Assembly (NCBI GenBank): GCA_963842065.1
Contig: CAWJEW010000007.1
Coordinates: 146,707-210,706 of the forward strand
Origin: an uncultured Thermoleophilia bacterium
Lineage (GTDB): Bacteria; Actinomycetota; Thermoleophilia; Miltoncostaeales; Miltoncostaeaceae
Direction: 5' to 3'
Length of the DNA: 64,000 nucleotides
In this document: in pieces, positions 49,539-60,044 of the stretch
Layout: the number at the start of each line of letters is the position of its first letter
Position numbering within the stretch: position 1 is the stretch's first letter
Made by a program: the position numbers and the translations under genes
Notes under the pieces: model-generated
The model's input: the letters and a program-made list of their open reading frames with translations, nothing else
Database searches by the model: none
What the model was told of the DNA's origin: nothing

Positions 49539-51706
49539 GCGTCGCGCTGCACCGCCAGCTCGGGCTCACCGACGATGAGTTCGCCCGGATCCCGGTCCTG
49601 ATCGGCCGCGAGCCCACGGACCCCGAGCTGGTCATGTTCAGCCTCATGTGGAGCGAGCACTGCTCCTACAAGCACTCGCGGCGCCTGTTGCGCCGGTTCC
49701 CGGTCGACGGCCCGCACGTGCTGCAGGGCCCGGGCGAGAACGCCGGTGCGGTGGACGTCGGCGACGGCTGGGCGATCGCGCTCAAGGTCGAGTCCCACAA
49801 TCATCCGTCCGCGGTCGAGCCGTTCGAGGGCGCGGCCACCGGGGTCGGCGGGATCGTGCGCGACATCCTCGCGCTCGGCGCGCGCCCGATCGCGCTGCTG
49901 GACTCGTTGCGCTTCGGCACGCTCGACAGCGGCCGCAGCCGCCACCTGTTCACCCGGGCGGTCGCCGGCATCGGCCACTACGGCAACTGCATCGGGGTGC
50001 CGACCGTCGGCGGCGAGGTCGTGTTTGACGACCGCTACGAGGACTCGTGCCTGGTCAACGCCATGTGCGTCGGGCTCGTCCGAGCGGACGGCATGCTCCG
50101 GGCCGCCGCGTTCGGCGAGGGCAACTTGCTGGTGCTCATCGGCAACCGCACCGGCCGCGACGGCATCGGCGGGGCGAGCGTGCTCGCCTCGGCCGAACTC
50201 AGCGACGATGACCAGGACAAGCGCCCATCGGTACAGGTCAGCGACCCGTTTACCGAGCGCAAGCTCATGGACTGCTGCCTGGAGCTCGCCGCCGGCGATC
50301 TGCTGCTGGCGCTGCAGGATCTCGGAGCGGCCGGCCTGACCAGCGCCGCCAGCGAGATGGCTGCCAAAGGCGGCGTCGGGCTCGACATCGACCTCGACCG
50401 GATCCACGTGCGCGAAGCGGGGATGGCGCCTGCCGAGATTCTCGTCTCCGAGAGCCAGGAGCGCATGCTCGGCCTGGTGGCTCCCGCCAAGCTCGATGAG
50501 GTGCTGGGGGCCTGCGCCCGCTGGGAGCTCGACGCCAACGTGATCGGCACCGTCACGACGACCGGCAACTTCACCGCCCGCCACAACGGCGAGATCGTCG
50601 TCGACATCCCCGCCGCGGCGCTCACCGACGACGCCCCCTCCTACGAGGTCCCGCGCACCCCGGCGCCGGCCGCCACCCCGCTCGCCCTCGAGGACATCGA
50701 GGCCCCGGTGGACCTCGGGGCCGCCTGGCTCGAGTTGCTTGCGCGACCAAACATCGCCAGCAAGCGCTGGATCTACCAGCAATACGACCACCTGGTCGGC
50801 GCCAACACCATCCGCCGGCCCGGCGGCGACGCGGCGGTCATCCGCATCCCGGGGATGCGCCGGGCACTCGCGATCACCACCGACTGCGCCGAGCGCCACT
50901 GCGAGCTCGATCCGCGCGGCGGCGGCCGCGCAAGCGTGTTCGAGGCCGCCCGCAACGTCGCCTGCACCGGTGCGCTTCCGTACGCGGCCAGCGACTGCCT
51001 GAACTTCGCCAACCCCGAGAAGGCCAGCACCGGCTGGCGCCTGGCCGAGGCCATCGAGGGGATGAGCGAGGCGCTGGAGGCGATCGCGGTGCCCGTCGTT
51101 TCCGGCAACGTGTCGCTCTACAACGAGAGCCCGGAGCGGACGATCTACCCGACCCCGGTCGTCGGCATGATCGGCCTGCTCGAGGACGCCGGCGCGAGCG
51201 TCGGCCACGCGTTCGTCGAGGAGGGCGACCAGATCCTCCTGCTCGGCGGCGGACTCCCGCGGCTCGACGCCAGCGAATGGCTGGGCGCCGCGACCGGTGC
51301 GCCGTCGCTGCCGGACCTGGCGGCCGAGGCCGCCCTCATTCGCGTCATCGTCGAGCTCGTCGGTGCGGGCCTGGTGCGCTCGGCCCACGACGTCTCCGGC
51401 GGCGGCATCGCCGTGACGCTGGCCGAATCGGCGCTGGCCGCGGGCATTGGGGCAGCGGTCGCGCTGCCGGTCGGCCGCCGGGCCGACGAGGCGCTGTTCG
51501 GCGAATCCGGCGAGCGCATCGTCGTGACGTGCCGGCCGGACGCGCTCGATGCGCTGCGCGCCGCCGCTGGCGAGGTTCCGGTTGCGGTCATCGGCAGGGT
51601 CGGTGGCGATACTGTGGACATACAGCTTGACGATGCGATCGTGAGCCTCGATCTTGAGGCGGCCCGCAGCGCCTATGAAGCCACCCTGACCAAGGCGGTC
51701 GCATGA
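49535..51706 (+). CDS. purL: phosphoribosylformylglycinamidine synthase subunit PurL (small type)
   Basis: SEHCSYKHS and VESHNHPS are present. The 723-aa length matches small PurL. ATGA overlaps occur at both ends. Confidence 0.9.
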   Translation: MSVALHRQLGLTDDEFARIPVLIGREPTDPELVMFSLMWSEHCSYKHSRRLLRRFPVDGPHVLQGPGENAGAVDVGDGWAIALKVESHNHPSAVEPFEGAATGVGGIVRDILALGARPIALLDSLRFGTLDSGRSRHLFTRAVAGIGHYGNCIGVPTVGGEVVFDDRYEDSCLVNAMCVGLVRADGMLRAAAFGEGNLLVLIGNRTGRDGIGGASVLASAELSDDDQDKRPSVQVSDPFTERKLMDCCLELAAGDLLLALQDLGAAGLTSAASEMAAKGGVGLDIDLDRIHVREAGMAPAEILVSESQERMLGLVAPAKLDEVLGACARWELDANVIGTVTTTGNFTARHNGEIVVDIPAAALTDDAPSYEVPRTPAPAATPLALEDIEAPVDLGAAWLELLARPNIASKRWIYQQYDHLVGANTIRRPGGDAAVIRIPGMRRALAITTDCAERHCELDPRGGGRASVFEAARNVACTGALPYAASDCLNFANPEKASTGWRLAEAIEGMSEALEAIAVPVVSGNVSLYNESPERTIYPTPVVGMIGLLEDAGASVGHAFVEEGDQILLLGGGLPRLDASEWLGAATGAPSLPDLAAEAALIRVIVELVGAGLVRSAHDVSGGGIAVTLAESALAAGIGAAVALPVGRRADEALFGESGERIVVTCRPDALDALRAAAGEVPVAVIGRVGGDTVDIQLDDAIVSLDLEAARSAYEATLTKAVA

Positions 51707-53142
51707 CCGACATGTGGGACGACGACTCCCCCCACGACGAGTGCGGGGTCGTCGGGATCGTGGCCCCGGGCCGCGACGTGTCCCGGCTTGCCTTCTTCGC
51801 GCTCCATGCGTTGCAGCACCGCGGCCAGGAGAGCGCCGGCATCGCGGTGACCGACGACGGCCACGTCATGGTCCAGCGCGACCTCGGCCTGGTCGGCTCC
51901 GTGTTCGACGAGCCGGCACTGCGCAGCCTATCGGGGCATTCGGCCATCGGGCACGTGCGCTACTCGACCACCGGATCGAACAAGTGGGAGAACGCGCAGC
52001 CGGTCACCCGCAACCGGGGCGACGGCCTGGTCGCACTCGGCCACAACGGCAATCTCACCAACACCGATGCGCTGCGCGAACAGATCGGCAACGATCCGCA
52101 GCCGCTGCAGGCGACCACCGACTCCGAGCTCATCGCGGCACTGCTTGCGCGCGAGCCCGGCTCGCTCTTGGACGCGGTCGTTGCGGTCAGCGGCCGCCTC
52201 GTCGGGGCGTTCTCGGCCGTGGCGCTCTCAGAGGATGAGCTGGTGGCCTTCCGTGACGCGCACGGCGTGCGGCCACTGGTGATCGGCAAACTCGAGGGCG
52301 GGTACTGCGTGGCGTCCGAGACGTGCGCGCTCGATCAGATCGGGGCGACCCTCGTGCGCGAAGTGCGCCCTGGCGAAGCCGTGCGGCTCACGGCATCGGA
52401 TATCGAGAGCCGCCAGGCCCTCGCACCCGCCCTTTCGCGGATGTGCGTGTTCGAACACATCTACTTTGCGCGGCCCGACAGCCTCCTGGACGGCCACAAC
52501 GTGTGGGAGCAGCGCCGGGCCATGGGCATCGAGCTCGCCAACGAGGCGCCGGTCGACGCCGACATGGTCGTGGGCCTCCCGGACTCCGGCACGCCGGCCG
52601 CCATCGGATACGCCTTCGCGTCGGGTATCCCGTATTCCGAGGCGGTGGTGCGCAACCGGTACGTGGGCCGGAGCTTCATCCAGCCCGATCAGGAGCTGCG
52701 CAAGAGCGGCGTCAAGCTCAAGTTCAACCCGCTGCGCGAGATCATCGACGGCAAGCGGCTGATCGTTGTCGACGACTCGATCGTCCGCGGAACGACGACC
52801 CAGCAGGTCGTCGCGATGCTCCGGGAGGCGGGGGCCCGCGAGGTGCACATGCGCATCTCGAGCCCGCCGATCGCCTGGCCGTGCTTCTACGGCATCGACA
52901 TGCCCTCGCGCGCGGAGCTCATCGCCTCGAGCCACTCGATCGACGAGGTGGCCCGCGTCACCGGCGCCACGAGCCTCGCGCATCTGTCGCTGGAGGGGCT
53001 CCAGCGGGCGATCGGATCGCCGGCCGACCGCTTCTGCCGTGCCTGCTTTACCGGCGAATACGCAATTCCGGTGCCGGACGCGACGACCAAACTGCGCTTC
53101 GAGGCCCCCCAAACCCAGCCGGCCGGGGCGCCGCGGGCGTGA
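51703..53142 (+). CDS. purF: amidophosphoribosyltransferase
   Basis: An Ntn nucleophile context (DECGVVG), the PRTase motif LIVVDDSIVRGTT and C-terminal Cys residues are present. Confidence 0.9.
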   Translation: MTDMWDDDSPHDECGVVGIVAPGRDVSRLAFFALHALQHRGQESAGIAVTDDGHVMVQRDLGLVGSVFDEPALRSLSGHSAIGHVRYSTTGSNKWENAQPVTRNRGDGLVALGHNGNLTNTDALREQIGNDPQPLQATTDSELIAALLAREPGSLLDAVVAVSGRLVGAFSAVALSEDELVAFRDAHGVRPLVIGKLEGGYCVASETCALDQIGATLVREVRPGEAVRLTASDIESRQALAPALSRMCVFEHIYFARPDSLLDGHNVWEQRRAMGIELANEAPVDADMVVGLPDSGTPAAIGYAFASGIPYSEAVVRNRYVGRSFIQPDQELRKSGVKLKFNPLREIIDGKRLIVVDDSIVRGTTTQQVVAMLREAGAREVHMRISSPPIAWPCFYGIDMPSRAELIASSHSIDEVARVTGATSLAHLSLEGLQRAIGSPADRFCRACFTGEYAIPVPDATTKLRFEAPQTQPAGAPRA

Positions 53143-54104
53143 CCGACCACGGCATCTCGTACCGGGACGCCGGCGTCGATCTCCAGGCGGCCCGTACACA
53201 CACGGCCAACATCGCCGGCTTCGTCCGGGGCGGGGTGGCCGGCTTCGCCGGGGGGCTCGCGCTGCCGCCGATGCGCGACGGGATCCTGTTGGCATGCACC
53301 GACGGGGTCGGCACCAAGCTCCTGCTCGCACGGGAGTCCGGCATCATCGACGGACTCGGCCAAGACCTCGTGGCGATGTGCGTGAACGACCTGATCTGCT
53401 CGGGCGCGCGGCCGCTCGGCTTCTTGGACTACCTGGCCGTCGGCAGGCTCGACCCCGAGGAGGCCCGGGTCATCGTCGGGTCGATCGCCCAAGCTTGCGA
53501 GGATGTCGACTGCGCGCTGTTGGGCGGTGAGACCGCCGAGCTGCCCGGCCTGTACCAACCCGGGCATTTCGATCTCGCGGGCTTCGCGATGGGCATCGTT
53601 GAACGCGACCAGATGCTCGGTCCCGAGCGCGTGCGCGACGGCGATCTGGTAATCGGGATTCCCTCCTCAGGCGTGCACTCCAACGGCTTCTCGCTCGTGC
53701 GCGCACTCCTGGCCGAAGGCGCTCTCGACTGCCCGGCCGAGGTCCTGCTTGCCCCGACGCGCCTCTACGTTCGCGACGTACTGGGCCTGCTCGAGGCCGC
53801 GGTGCCGGTGCACGCGGTGGCGCACATCACCGGCGGTGGCCTTCCCGAGAACCTGCCGCGGGCGCTGCCTGCCGGGCTCGAGGCCGTCGTCGACCCGACG
53901 AGTTGGCAGCTGCCGCCAGCGCTCACGGCGATCCTCGAGTGCGGTCGCGTCGCGACGGACGACGCATGGGAGACCTTCAACATGGGGATCGGGCTCTGCC
54001 TGATCGCACCCGCCGGCGCGCAGGCCGACATCGTCGCCCGCATTCCGGATGCGTGCGTGATCGGTGCCGTGGCGCAGGGGACCGCCGGGGTGCGACGTGT
54101 CTAG
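53139..54104 (+). CDS. purM: phosphoribosylformylglycinamidine cyclo-ligase
   Basis: ISYRDAGVD and DGVGTK are AIR synthase motifs. A GTGA overlap links it to purF. Confidence 0.9.
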   Translation: MTDHGISYRDAGVDLQAARTHTANIAGFVRGGVAGFAGGLALPPMRDGILLACTDGVGTKLLLARESGIIDGLGQDLVAMCVNDLICSGARPLGFLDYLAVGRLDPEEARVIVGSIAQACEDVDCALLGGETAELPGLYQPGHFDLAGFAMGIVERDQMLGPERVRDGDLVIGIPSSGVHSNGFSLVRALLAEGALDCPAEVLLAPTRLYVRDVLGLLEAAVPVHAVAHITGGGLPENLPRALPAGLEAVVDPTSWQLPPALTAILECGRVATDDAWETFNMGIGLCLIAPAGAQADIVARIPDACVIGAVAQGTAGVRRV

Positions 54105-54732
54105 CCCCTACCGCATCGTCGTGCTGATTTCCGGCTCGGGCACCAACCTGCAGCGGCTTATCGACACCGTCCACGTTCCCGGTGGGGAGGCGGAGATCGT
54201 GCTCGTCGTGAGCTCGCGCGCCGAGGCCCGCGGGGTCGCCCGCGCCGAAGCCGCGGGGATCCCGACACGCGTCGTGGCCCGCGATGCGACGGCGGACCGC
54301 ACCGCCCGCGATCGACTCCTGGCCGACCTGGTGGCCGAGGGGCGCCCGGATCTGGTCGTGCTCGCCGGCTGGATGAGCATCCTCACCGGAGCCTTCCTGG
54401 ATCGCTTCCCGGACGCCGTGATCAACCTGCATCCGTCACTGTTGCCCGCGTTTCCCGGCATGCACGCCATCGACCAGGCGCTCGCCTGGGGCGTGCGCTG
54501 GACGGGTGTGACGGTGCACTATGCCGAGGAAGCGGTCGACGGGGGGCCGCCGATCCTCCAGGAACCCGTGCCGGTGCACTTCGGCGACACCTCCGAATCG
54601 CTGGCGGCCCGGATCCACGCCGCCGAGCACCGCTTGCTCCCGGAAGCCGTGCGACTGTTTGCCGCAGGGCGCGTGCACCGTGACCCAGACTCACCACGAA
54701 AGGTCCAGATCCTCGAGGAGGGGCAATCGTGA
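54097..54732 (+). CDS. purN: phosphoribosylglycinamide formyltransferase
   Basis: IVVLISGSGTNLQ and the NLHPSLLPAF formyltransferase motif are present. The gene overlaps purM by 8 nt. Confidence 0.9.
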   Translation: MSSPYRIVVLISGSGTNLQRLIDTVHVPGGEAEIVLVVSSRAEARGVARAEAAGIPTRVVARDATADRTARDRLLADLVAEGRPDLVVLAGWMSILTGAFLDRFPDAVINLHPSLLPAFPGMHAIDQALAWGVRWTGVTVHYAEEAVDGGPPILQEPVPVHFGDTSESLAARIHAAEHRLLPEAVRLFAAGRVHRDPDSPRKVQILEEGQS

Positions 54733-56270
54733 AGATCCGCCGAGCGCTGATCTCAGTATCCGACAAGACCGGCCTGGAAGCGCTCGCGCGCGAGCTGACC
54801 GGCCTGGGCGTCGAGATCCTGTCGACGGGTGGCACCGCAACGGCCGTCGAGGGCTACGGTCTGCCGGTCACGCGCGTCGAGCAGGTCACCGGGCAGCCGG
54901 AGATCCTCGGCGGGCGGGTCAAGACACTGCACCCCAAGATCCACGGCGGCATCCTCGCCCGTGAGCACCTTCCCGAGGATCAGGCGGACATGGCCGCATC
55001 CGGCATCGAGGGCATCGACCTGGTGTGCGTCAACCTGTACCCGTTCGAGGCCTACGTCGGGCGCCGCGGCATCACCGACGACGAGCTGGTCGAGCAGATC
55101 GACATCGGCGGCCCAGCGATGGTGCGCGCCGCAGCAAAGAACCACAACCGCGTCACGATCCTCACCTGCCCCGACCAGTACGCGGACGTCCTGAAGGAAC
55201 TCGCCGACTCCGGCGGCGAGACCTCCCTTGCGACGCGCCGGCGCCTGGCCGGCCGCGCCTTCCAGCTGACCGCCTCCTACGACGCGGCGATCGCCAACTG
55301 GCTGGCCGAATCCGAAAGCGAGTTCCCAGACCAGATCGTGATGACCTTCAACAAGTCATTTCCGGTGAGCTACGGCGAGAACCCGCATCAACGCGGCGCC
55401 TACTACATCGAGCGCGGCGCGCGGTCGCATTTGTTGTCGATGGTCGACAAGCTGCACGGCAAGGACCTGTCGTTCAACAACCTGCTCGACCTGGAAGGCG
55501 GACGGAACCTCCTGGCCGAGTTCGAGCTGCCGGCGTGCGTGATCATCAAGCACAACAACCCCTGCGGCGTCGCGGTGGGGCCCGACGTGCGCACGGCGTA
55601 CGTCAGCGCGCGCGATTGCGACCCGGTCTCGGCCTACGGCGGGGTCATCGTGCTCAACCGCCCGGTGGATCCGGAGCTCGGCGAGCTGCTGGTAGCGACC
55701 TTCGTCGAGGTGCTGCTGGCGCCCGGGTACGACCCGGCAGCCCTCACGGCACTCACCCGCAAGCCAAACACACGCATCATGCGAAACCAGGAGCGCCGAC
55801 GGGTCAACCCCGGCGAGCGCGACCTGCGACGGGTTGCCGGGGGCCTGCTGGTCCAGGACCGCGATACCGAATCCGAGGAACGGGACGTGATGCGGGTCGT
55901 CACCTCCCGCCAGCCGACCGAGGCGGAGTGGGGTGATCTGCTGTTCGCCTGGCGCGTGGCTAAACACGTCAAGTCCAACGCGATCGTGCTCGCCCGCGAC
56001 CTGGTCACCGTCGGGATCGGCGCGGGCCAGATGAGCCGCGTCGACTCGGTTCGCCTGTCGATCGAGAAGGCCAACGTGCCGATCCTGGGCGCGGCGCTCG
56101 CCAGCGACGCCTTCTTCCCGTTCGCCGACGGCCCCGAGGCCGCGGTCAAGGCGGGCGTGCGGGCGATCATCCAGCCGGGCGGGTCGATCCGCGACGAGGA
56201 GGTCGTCGCTGCCGCGGACGAAGCGGGTCTCGCGATGGTCTTCACCGGGCGGCGGCACTTCCGCCACTAG
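54729..56270 (+). CDS. purH: bifunctional AICAR formyltransferase / IMP cyclohydrolase
   Basis: An MGS-like N-domain (ALISVSDKTG...STGGTA) and the AICARFT domain are present. A GTGA overlap links it to purN. Confidence 0.9.
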   Translation: MKIRRALISVSDKTGLEALARELTGLGVEILSTGGTATAVEGYGLPVTRVEQVTGQPEILGGRVKTLHPKIHGGILAREHLPEDQADMAASGIEGIDLVCVNLYPFEAYVGRRGITDDELVEQIDIGGPAMVRAAAKNHNRVTILTCPDQYADVLKELADSGGETSLATRRRLAGRAFQLTASYDAAIANWLAESESEFPDQIVMTFNKSFPVSYGENPHQRGAYYIERGARSHLLSMVDKLHGKDLSFNNLLDLEGGRNLLAEFELPACVIIKHNNPCGVAVGPDVRTAYVSARDCDPVSAYGGVIVLNRPVDPELGELLVATFVEVLLAPGYDPAALTALTRKPNTRIMRNQERRRVNPGERDLRRVAGGLLVQDRDTESEERDVMRVVTSRQPTEAEWGDLLFAWRVAKHVKSNAIVLARDLVTVGIGAGQMSRVDSVRLSIEKANVPILGAALASDAFFPFADGPEAAVKAGVRAIIQPGGSIRDEEVVAAADEAGLAMVFTGRRHFRH

Positions 56271-56285
56271 CCGTCGCCCCTGTGG

Positions 56286-56306
56286 GCGGCCCGGACCGGG
56301 TCCGCC
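56286..56306 (+). terminator. weak hairpin after purH
   Basis: gcggcccgg pairs with ccgggtccgc with one bulge. There is no U-tract. Confidence 0.2.
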
Positions 56307-56355
56307 GATGCCACACCGCGGCCGCGAGCAGGGCCGCGTGGGCTACCCTGGGCGG

Positions 56356-57549
56356 GTGCCCGGCCGTCTGAGAATCTGGATCGCGCTCGCCCTGGCGTCC
56401 CTGTGGCCCGCCCAGGCGCTGGCGGCGATCCCCCAAGGGCGTACGACGGAGCCGCTCCAGCGCGGCGTGTTGCTGTCGCTCGGATCGATCTACCGGGTCG
56501 AGACCACCGTATCGGTGGACGCGTTGCGCACCGACAGCGGCAAGGGAACGACCTATCCGCTCGGCCCCATCCACCAGGTGACGCTGCTCGGGACGGCGTT
56601 CGCGGTCGCCCCGTCCGGGGTACTGGTGACCGACGCGCACGTCGCAGCGCCGTTCGGCGCGTCGCTCGCGGTCGCGGCCGCGCCCCTGGCGCTCGCGCAG
56701 ATCGGCGAGTTCGGCCAGGAGGCGGCCTACGAGGCCTGGGTGTCCGACAACTCGGTCGTGCCGGTCGGCGTCGAAACCGTCGGCATGAGCGTCTGGCGGG
56801 CGACGGCCAGCCCGTCCGCACGCGGCACCGAGATCCCCGCGCACGTGATCGCCGGAAGCATCGAGCAGGACCCCGATCTCGCGCTGCTGCAGCTCGGTGA
56901 TCACAAGGTCGTACCGGCGCTCATGCTCAACGACGGCAGCGAGACGATCGACACGCCGATCGCCACGATCGGCTACGGCGTCGGGACCCCGACGACCCTC
57001 GGGCTGCCGACCACGCTTGTTCCGGATGTCAAATACGGCCAGATCGGGCCGAGCAACACCAAGCCCGTGGCGGCGGCGCCGGGCCAGACCCTGACCTACG
57101 TCTCGACGCCGATCGTCCACGGGGATTCGGGCGGCCCGACCATCGACGAGAACGCCGACGTCTACGGGATCGTGCGTTTCCCGTACCTGACCGGCGGGCT
57201 CATCGAGCAGTCGACGTCAATCGGTGCCCTGCTGACCCGCATGCACGTCACCAACACCAACGGGCCCGTGTTCAACGAGTTCCAGCAGGGCATGGAGGAC
57301 CTCTGGGCCGGGAACTACGCCGGGGCGGAGATCCGCTTCGCCGACACGCTGGCCGCCGACCCGACCCACCCGCTCGCTGCCCAAGAACAGCAGCTGGCGG
57401 TGCGCCTCGCGCGCGTCAAGCCCGCGCCGGGGCGCCCGGGCTGGTGGCGGGTCCTGTTCGTCGGGATCGCGATCGTCGCGGCGGCCGCCGCATTGGCCTG
57501 CCTGTGGCGCGCTGCGCAAACTGGGCCGTCTGCGCGACGGCCAGGATGA
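56356..57549 (+). CDS. secreted or membrane-anchored trypsin-like serine protease
   Basis: A signal-like N-terminus (RLRIWIALALASLWPAQALA), catalytic TDAHV and GDSGGP, and a C-terminal TM helix are present. The start is placed at GTG 56356. Confidence 0.7.
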   Translation: MPGRLRIWIALALASLWPAQALAAIPQGRTTEPLQRGVLLSLGSIYRVETTVSVDALRTDSGKGTTYPLGPIHQVTLLGTAFAVAPSGVLVTDAHVAAPFGASLAVAAAPLALAQIGEFGQEAAYEAWVSDNSVVPVGVETVGMSVWRATASPSARGTEIPAHVIAGSIEQDPDLALLQLGDHKVVPALMLNDGSETIDTPIATIGYGVGTPTTLGLPTTLVPDVKYGQIGPSNTKPVAAAPGQTLTYVSTPIVHGDSGGPTIDENADVYGIVRFPYLTGGLIEQSTSIGALLTRMHVTNTNGPVFNEFQQGMEDLWAGNYAGAEIRFADTLAADPTHPLAAQEQQLAVRLARVKPAPGRPGWWRVLFVGIAIVAAAAALACLWRAAQTGPSARRPG

Positions 57550-57635
57550 CGCCGCGCCGCACTTCCCGACGGCACAGTAGGCGGGCGCCGCTCTAGACTG
57601 CACCGTCACGGACACCGGCCATCGGGAGGTCCCCC

Positions 57636-58748
57636 GTGCGCATCGGCGTGCCCCGCGAGATCAAACAAGACGAGTACCGCGTCGCGCTGACTCCGGGCGG
57701 CGCCTTCGAGCTGATCGCGCACGGCCACGAGGTGTGGATCGAACGTGATGCCGGGCTCGGCGCCGGGCACCCGGACGAGGCGTATGCCCGGGTCGGGGCG
57801 AACATCGGCGACGCGTCCGACTGCTGGGGGGCCGAGCTGGTCCTCAAGGTCAAGGAGCCGCAGCCCGCCGAGTTCGGGTTCCTGTCCGACGAGCAGACCC
57901 TCTTCACGTACCTGCACCTGGCGGCGAATGCCCGGGTCGCGGACGCACTGTGCCGTGCCGGCGGCACGGCCATCGGCTACGAAACCGTCGAGGACCGCCA
58001 CGGACGCCTGCCCCTGCTGGCGCCGATGAGTGAGGTCGCCGGACGCCTGGCCGTCCAAGCCGGCGCGCGCTTTCTCGAACAGCCGCGCGGCGGTCGCGGG
58101 GTCCTGCTCGGCGGAGTCGCCGGCGTCGCGGCCGGCAACGTGACCATCATCGGCGGCGGCATCGTCGGGACCAACGCGGCGGTCGTGGCCATCGGGATGC
58201 AGGCACACGTTACGGTCCTTGACGCGGATCTCGGGCGCCTGCGCGAGCTCGAGATGGTCCTCAACGGACGTCTGACACTGATCTACGCGACCCGCCTGGC
58301 GATCGCCGAGCAGGTCGCCCGCTCGGACCTGGTCATCGGTGCCGTGCTGCGGCCGGGTGCGCGCGCCCCGCACCTGGTCACCCGCGAGATGATCCGTTCG
58401 ATGGCGCCGGGCTCGGTCGTTGTCGACGTCGCCGTCGACCAGGGCGGCTGCATGGAGACGACCCGTCCGACGACCCATGCCGACCCGGTCTACACCGTCG
58501 ACGGGGTCGTGCACTACTGCGTGGCGAACATGCCCGCGGCGGTTCCCGTGACGGCGACCGCGGCGCTGTGCAACGCGACGCTGCCATACGTCCTGCAGCT
58601 GGCCGACCACGGGCTCGCCGGCGCGTTGCGTGAGGATCCGGGCCTGCGGCCAGGCGTGAACATCCGCGACGGCAAGATCGTCAACGCGGCGGTGGTCGAG
58701 GCGCTGCAAACGAGCTCGCCGGATCGGCTGCGCGGGCCGCCAGATTAA
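57636..58748 (+). CDS. ald: alanine dehydrogenase
   Basis: The N-terminus [20 protein letters not shown] and NAD motif [12 protein letters not shown] are present, in a 370-aa protein. Confidence 0.9.
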   Translation: MRIGVPREIKQDEYRVALTPGGAFELIAHGHEVWIERDAGLGAGHPDEAYARVGANIGDASDCWGAELVLKVKEPQPAEFGFLSDEQTLFTYLHLAANARVADALCRAGGTAIGYETVEDRHGRLPLLAPMSEVAGRLAVQAGARFLEQPRGGRGVLLGGVAGVAAGNVTIIGGGIVGTNAAVVAIGMQAHVTVLDADLGRLRELEMVLNGRLTLIYATRLAIAEQVARSDLVIGAVLRPGARAPHLVTREMIRSMAPGSVVVDVAVDQGGCMETTRPTTHADPVYTVDGVVHYCVANMPAAVPVTATAALCNATLPYVLQLADHGLAGALREDPGLRPGVNIRDGKIVNAAVVEALQTSSPDRLRGPPD

Positions 58749-58950
58749 CCGGTGCATCGCGGCTACGCTAGGTCTACCGGGATCCATCCCGCGCACTGGA
58801 GACCTCGTTGCACGTGGCAGGCCGTGAGCACCCATGCGCCGCACCGCCCCGAGGCGTCCGCCCGCATCGCGGGCACCGACGCCACGCGGTGACCGGGCAG
58901 GGCGCGCGCGCGCGTCCGCCCGCGCTGGCGCTGCGGCTGTGACCGCCCCT

Positions 58951-59574
58951 GTGCGCATCCTGATCGTCGACGACCACGCCATCCTGCGGCGCGGGCTTGG
59001 CCTTTTGATCGCGCGCGAGCCAGACCTCGCGGTCGTCTCGGAGGCGGGCACGATCGCCGAGGCGCTCGAGGCTGCCGTCCGGACGGCCCCGGACGTGGTG
59101 ATCCTCGACATCCACCTGCCCGACGGCAGCGGCATCGGCGCGATCGGACCCCTGCGGGAACAGGTGCCCGGGGTCCGCATCGTCGTGCTGACGATGTACG
59201 ACGACTTCGAGCACGTGCGCCGCGCCTTCGCCGAGGGCGCCGACGCGTACGTCGTCAAGGCCTCGACCCAGGATGAGCTGCTCGAGGCGGTGCGCACCGT
59301 CGCGGGCGGCGGGACGTACCGCGACGCGAGCCTGCCCAACCCGAACGGCCCGCACACGGTGCGCAGTCCGATCGACACGCTCTCCCCGCGGGAGCTCGAG
59401 GTCCTGCGCCTGCTGGCGCTGGGCAATACGAACCACGAGATCGCCGACGCGCTCGTCGTCAGCGTCAAGACCGTCGAGACCCACCGCGCCCACATCATGA
59501 GCAAGCTCAAAGCCGATTCGCGCGCAGCGCTCGTGCAGCACGCACTGAGCGCGGGCCTGCTCGGACCCGACTAG
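58951..59574 (+). CDS. NarL/LuxR-family response regulator (no adjacent histidine kinase)
   Basis: A receiver domain (VRILIVDDH...VVILDIHLPDG) is followed by a LuxR HTH (LSPRELEVLRLLALGNTNHEIA...SVKTVETH). The start is placed at GTG 58951. Confidence 0.85.
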   Translation: MRILIVDDHAILRRGLGLLIAREPDLAVVSEAGTIAEALEAAVRTAPDVVILDIHLPDGSGIGAIGPLREQVPGVRIVVLTMYDDFEHVRRAFAEGADAYVVKASTQDELLEAVRTVAGGGTYRDASLPNPNGPHTVRSPIDTLSPRELEVLRLLALGNTNHEIADALVVSVKTVETHRAHIMSKLKADSRAALVQHALSAGLLGPD

Positions 59575-59587
59575 GGCGCGCCGTCGC

Positions 59588-60042
59588 TCAGCCGAGCGGC
59601 GGCCCCGCGCCGGCTGCCGACTCGGCAGGCTCAAGCGGACGATGCTCAGGATCATCGAGATGGTGACGATGACCGCGCTGGTGACGCAGTACTCGCAGAT
59701 GGCGTGGATCTGAAACAGTTCGAGGTAGGTCAGATACGCGCTGAGCATCACGCCCAGGATGGTGATGAACAGCGACGCAAGCGCCGCCCACTGCCACGGG
59801 ATCAGCGCGCAGAACAGCAGCCCGACGTAGGCCAGCAGCCCGAGGAAGGCGACCGGCACGCCGGCCACCGTCGACCATTCGCTGCGCTGCACGGTCGCGC
59901 AGCCCCCGCCCAGCGCACAGACGGGGGCGTTGCCGTGATAGCGCTCCCACACCAGGTAGGCGGTGACCCCGATACCGATCACCGCCAGGATCGCAGCGGC
60001 TACGCGGACCCAGAAGTCGCTCGCGCTGCGCTCGAACCCCAA
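59588..60042 (-). pseudogene. vitamin K epoxide reductase (VKOR) family membrane protein; the 3' end appears frame-broken
   Basis: TM helices carry the VKOR Cys pairs (CALGGGC loop and the CEYC motif). The TTG start at 60042 follows the DsbA-like TGA. The coding frame has no stop for about 800 nt; a neighbouring frame stops at 59588, 13 nt from the convergent regulator's stop. Confidence 0.65.
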
Positions 60043-60044
60043 CG

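Noticed and set aside
49061-51388. A 775-aa minus-strand ORF.
   Set aside because: It is antisense to purL, whose identity is secure. This is the same high-GC artefact.
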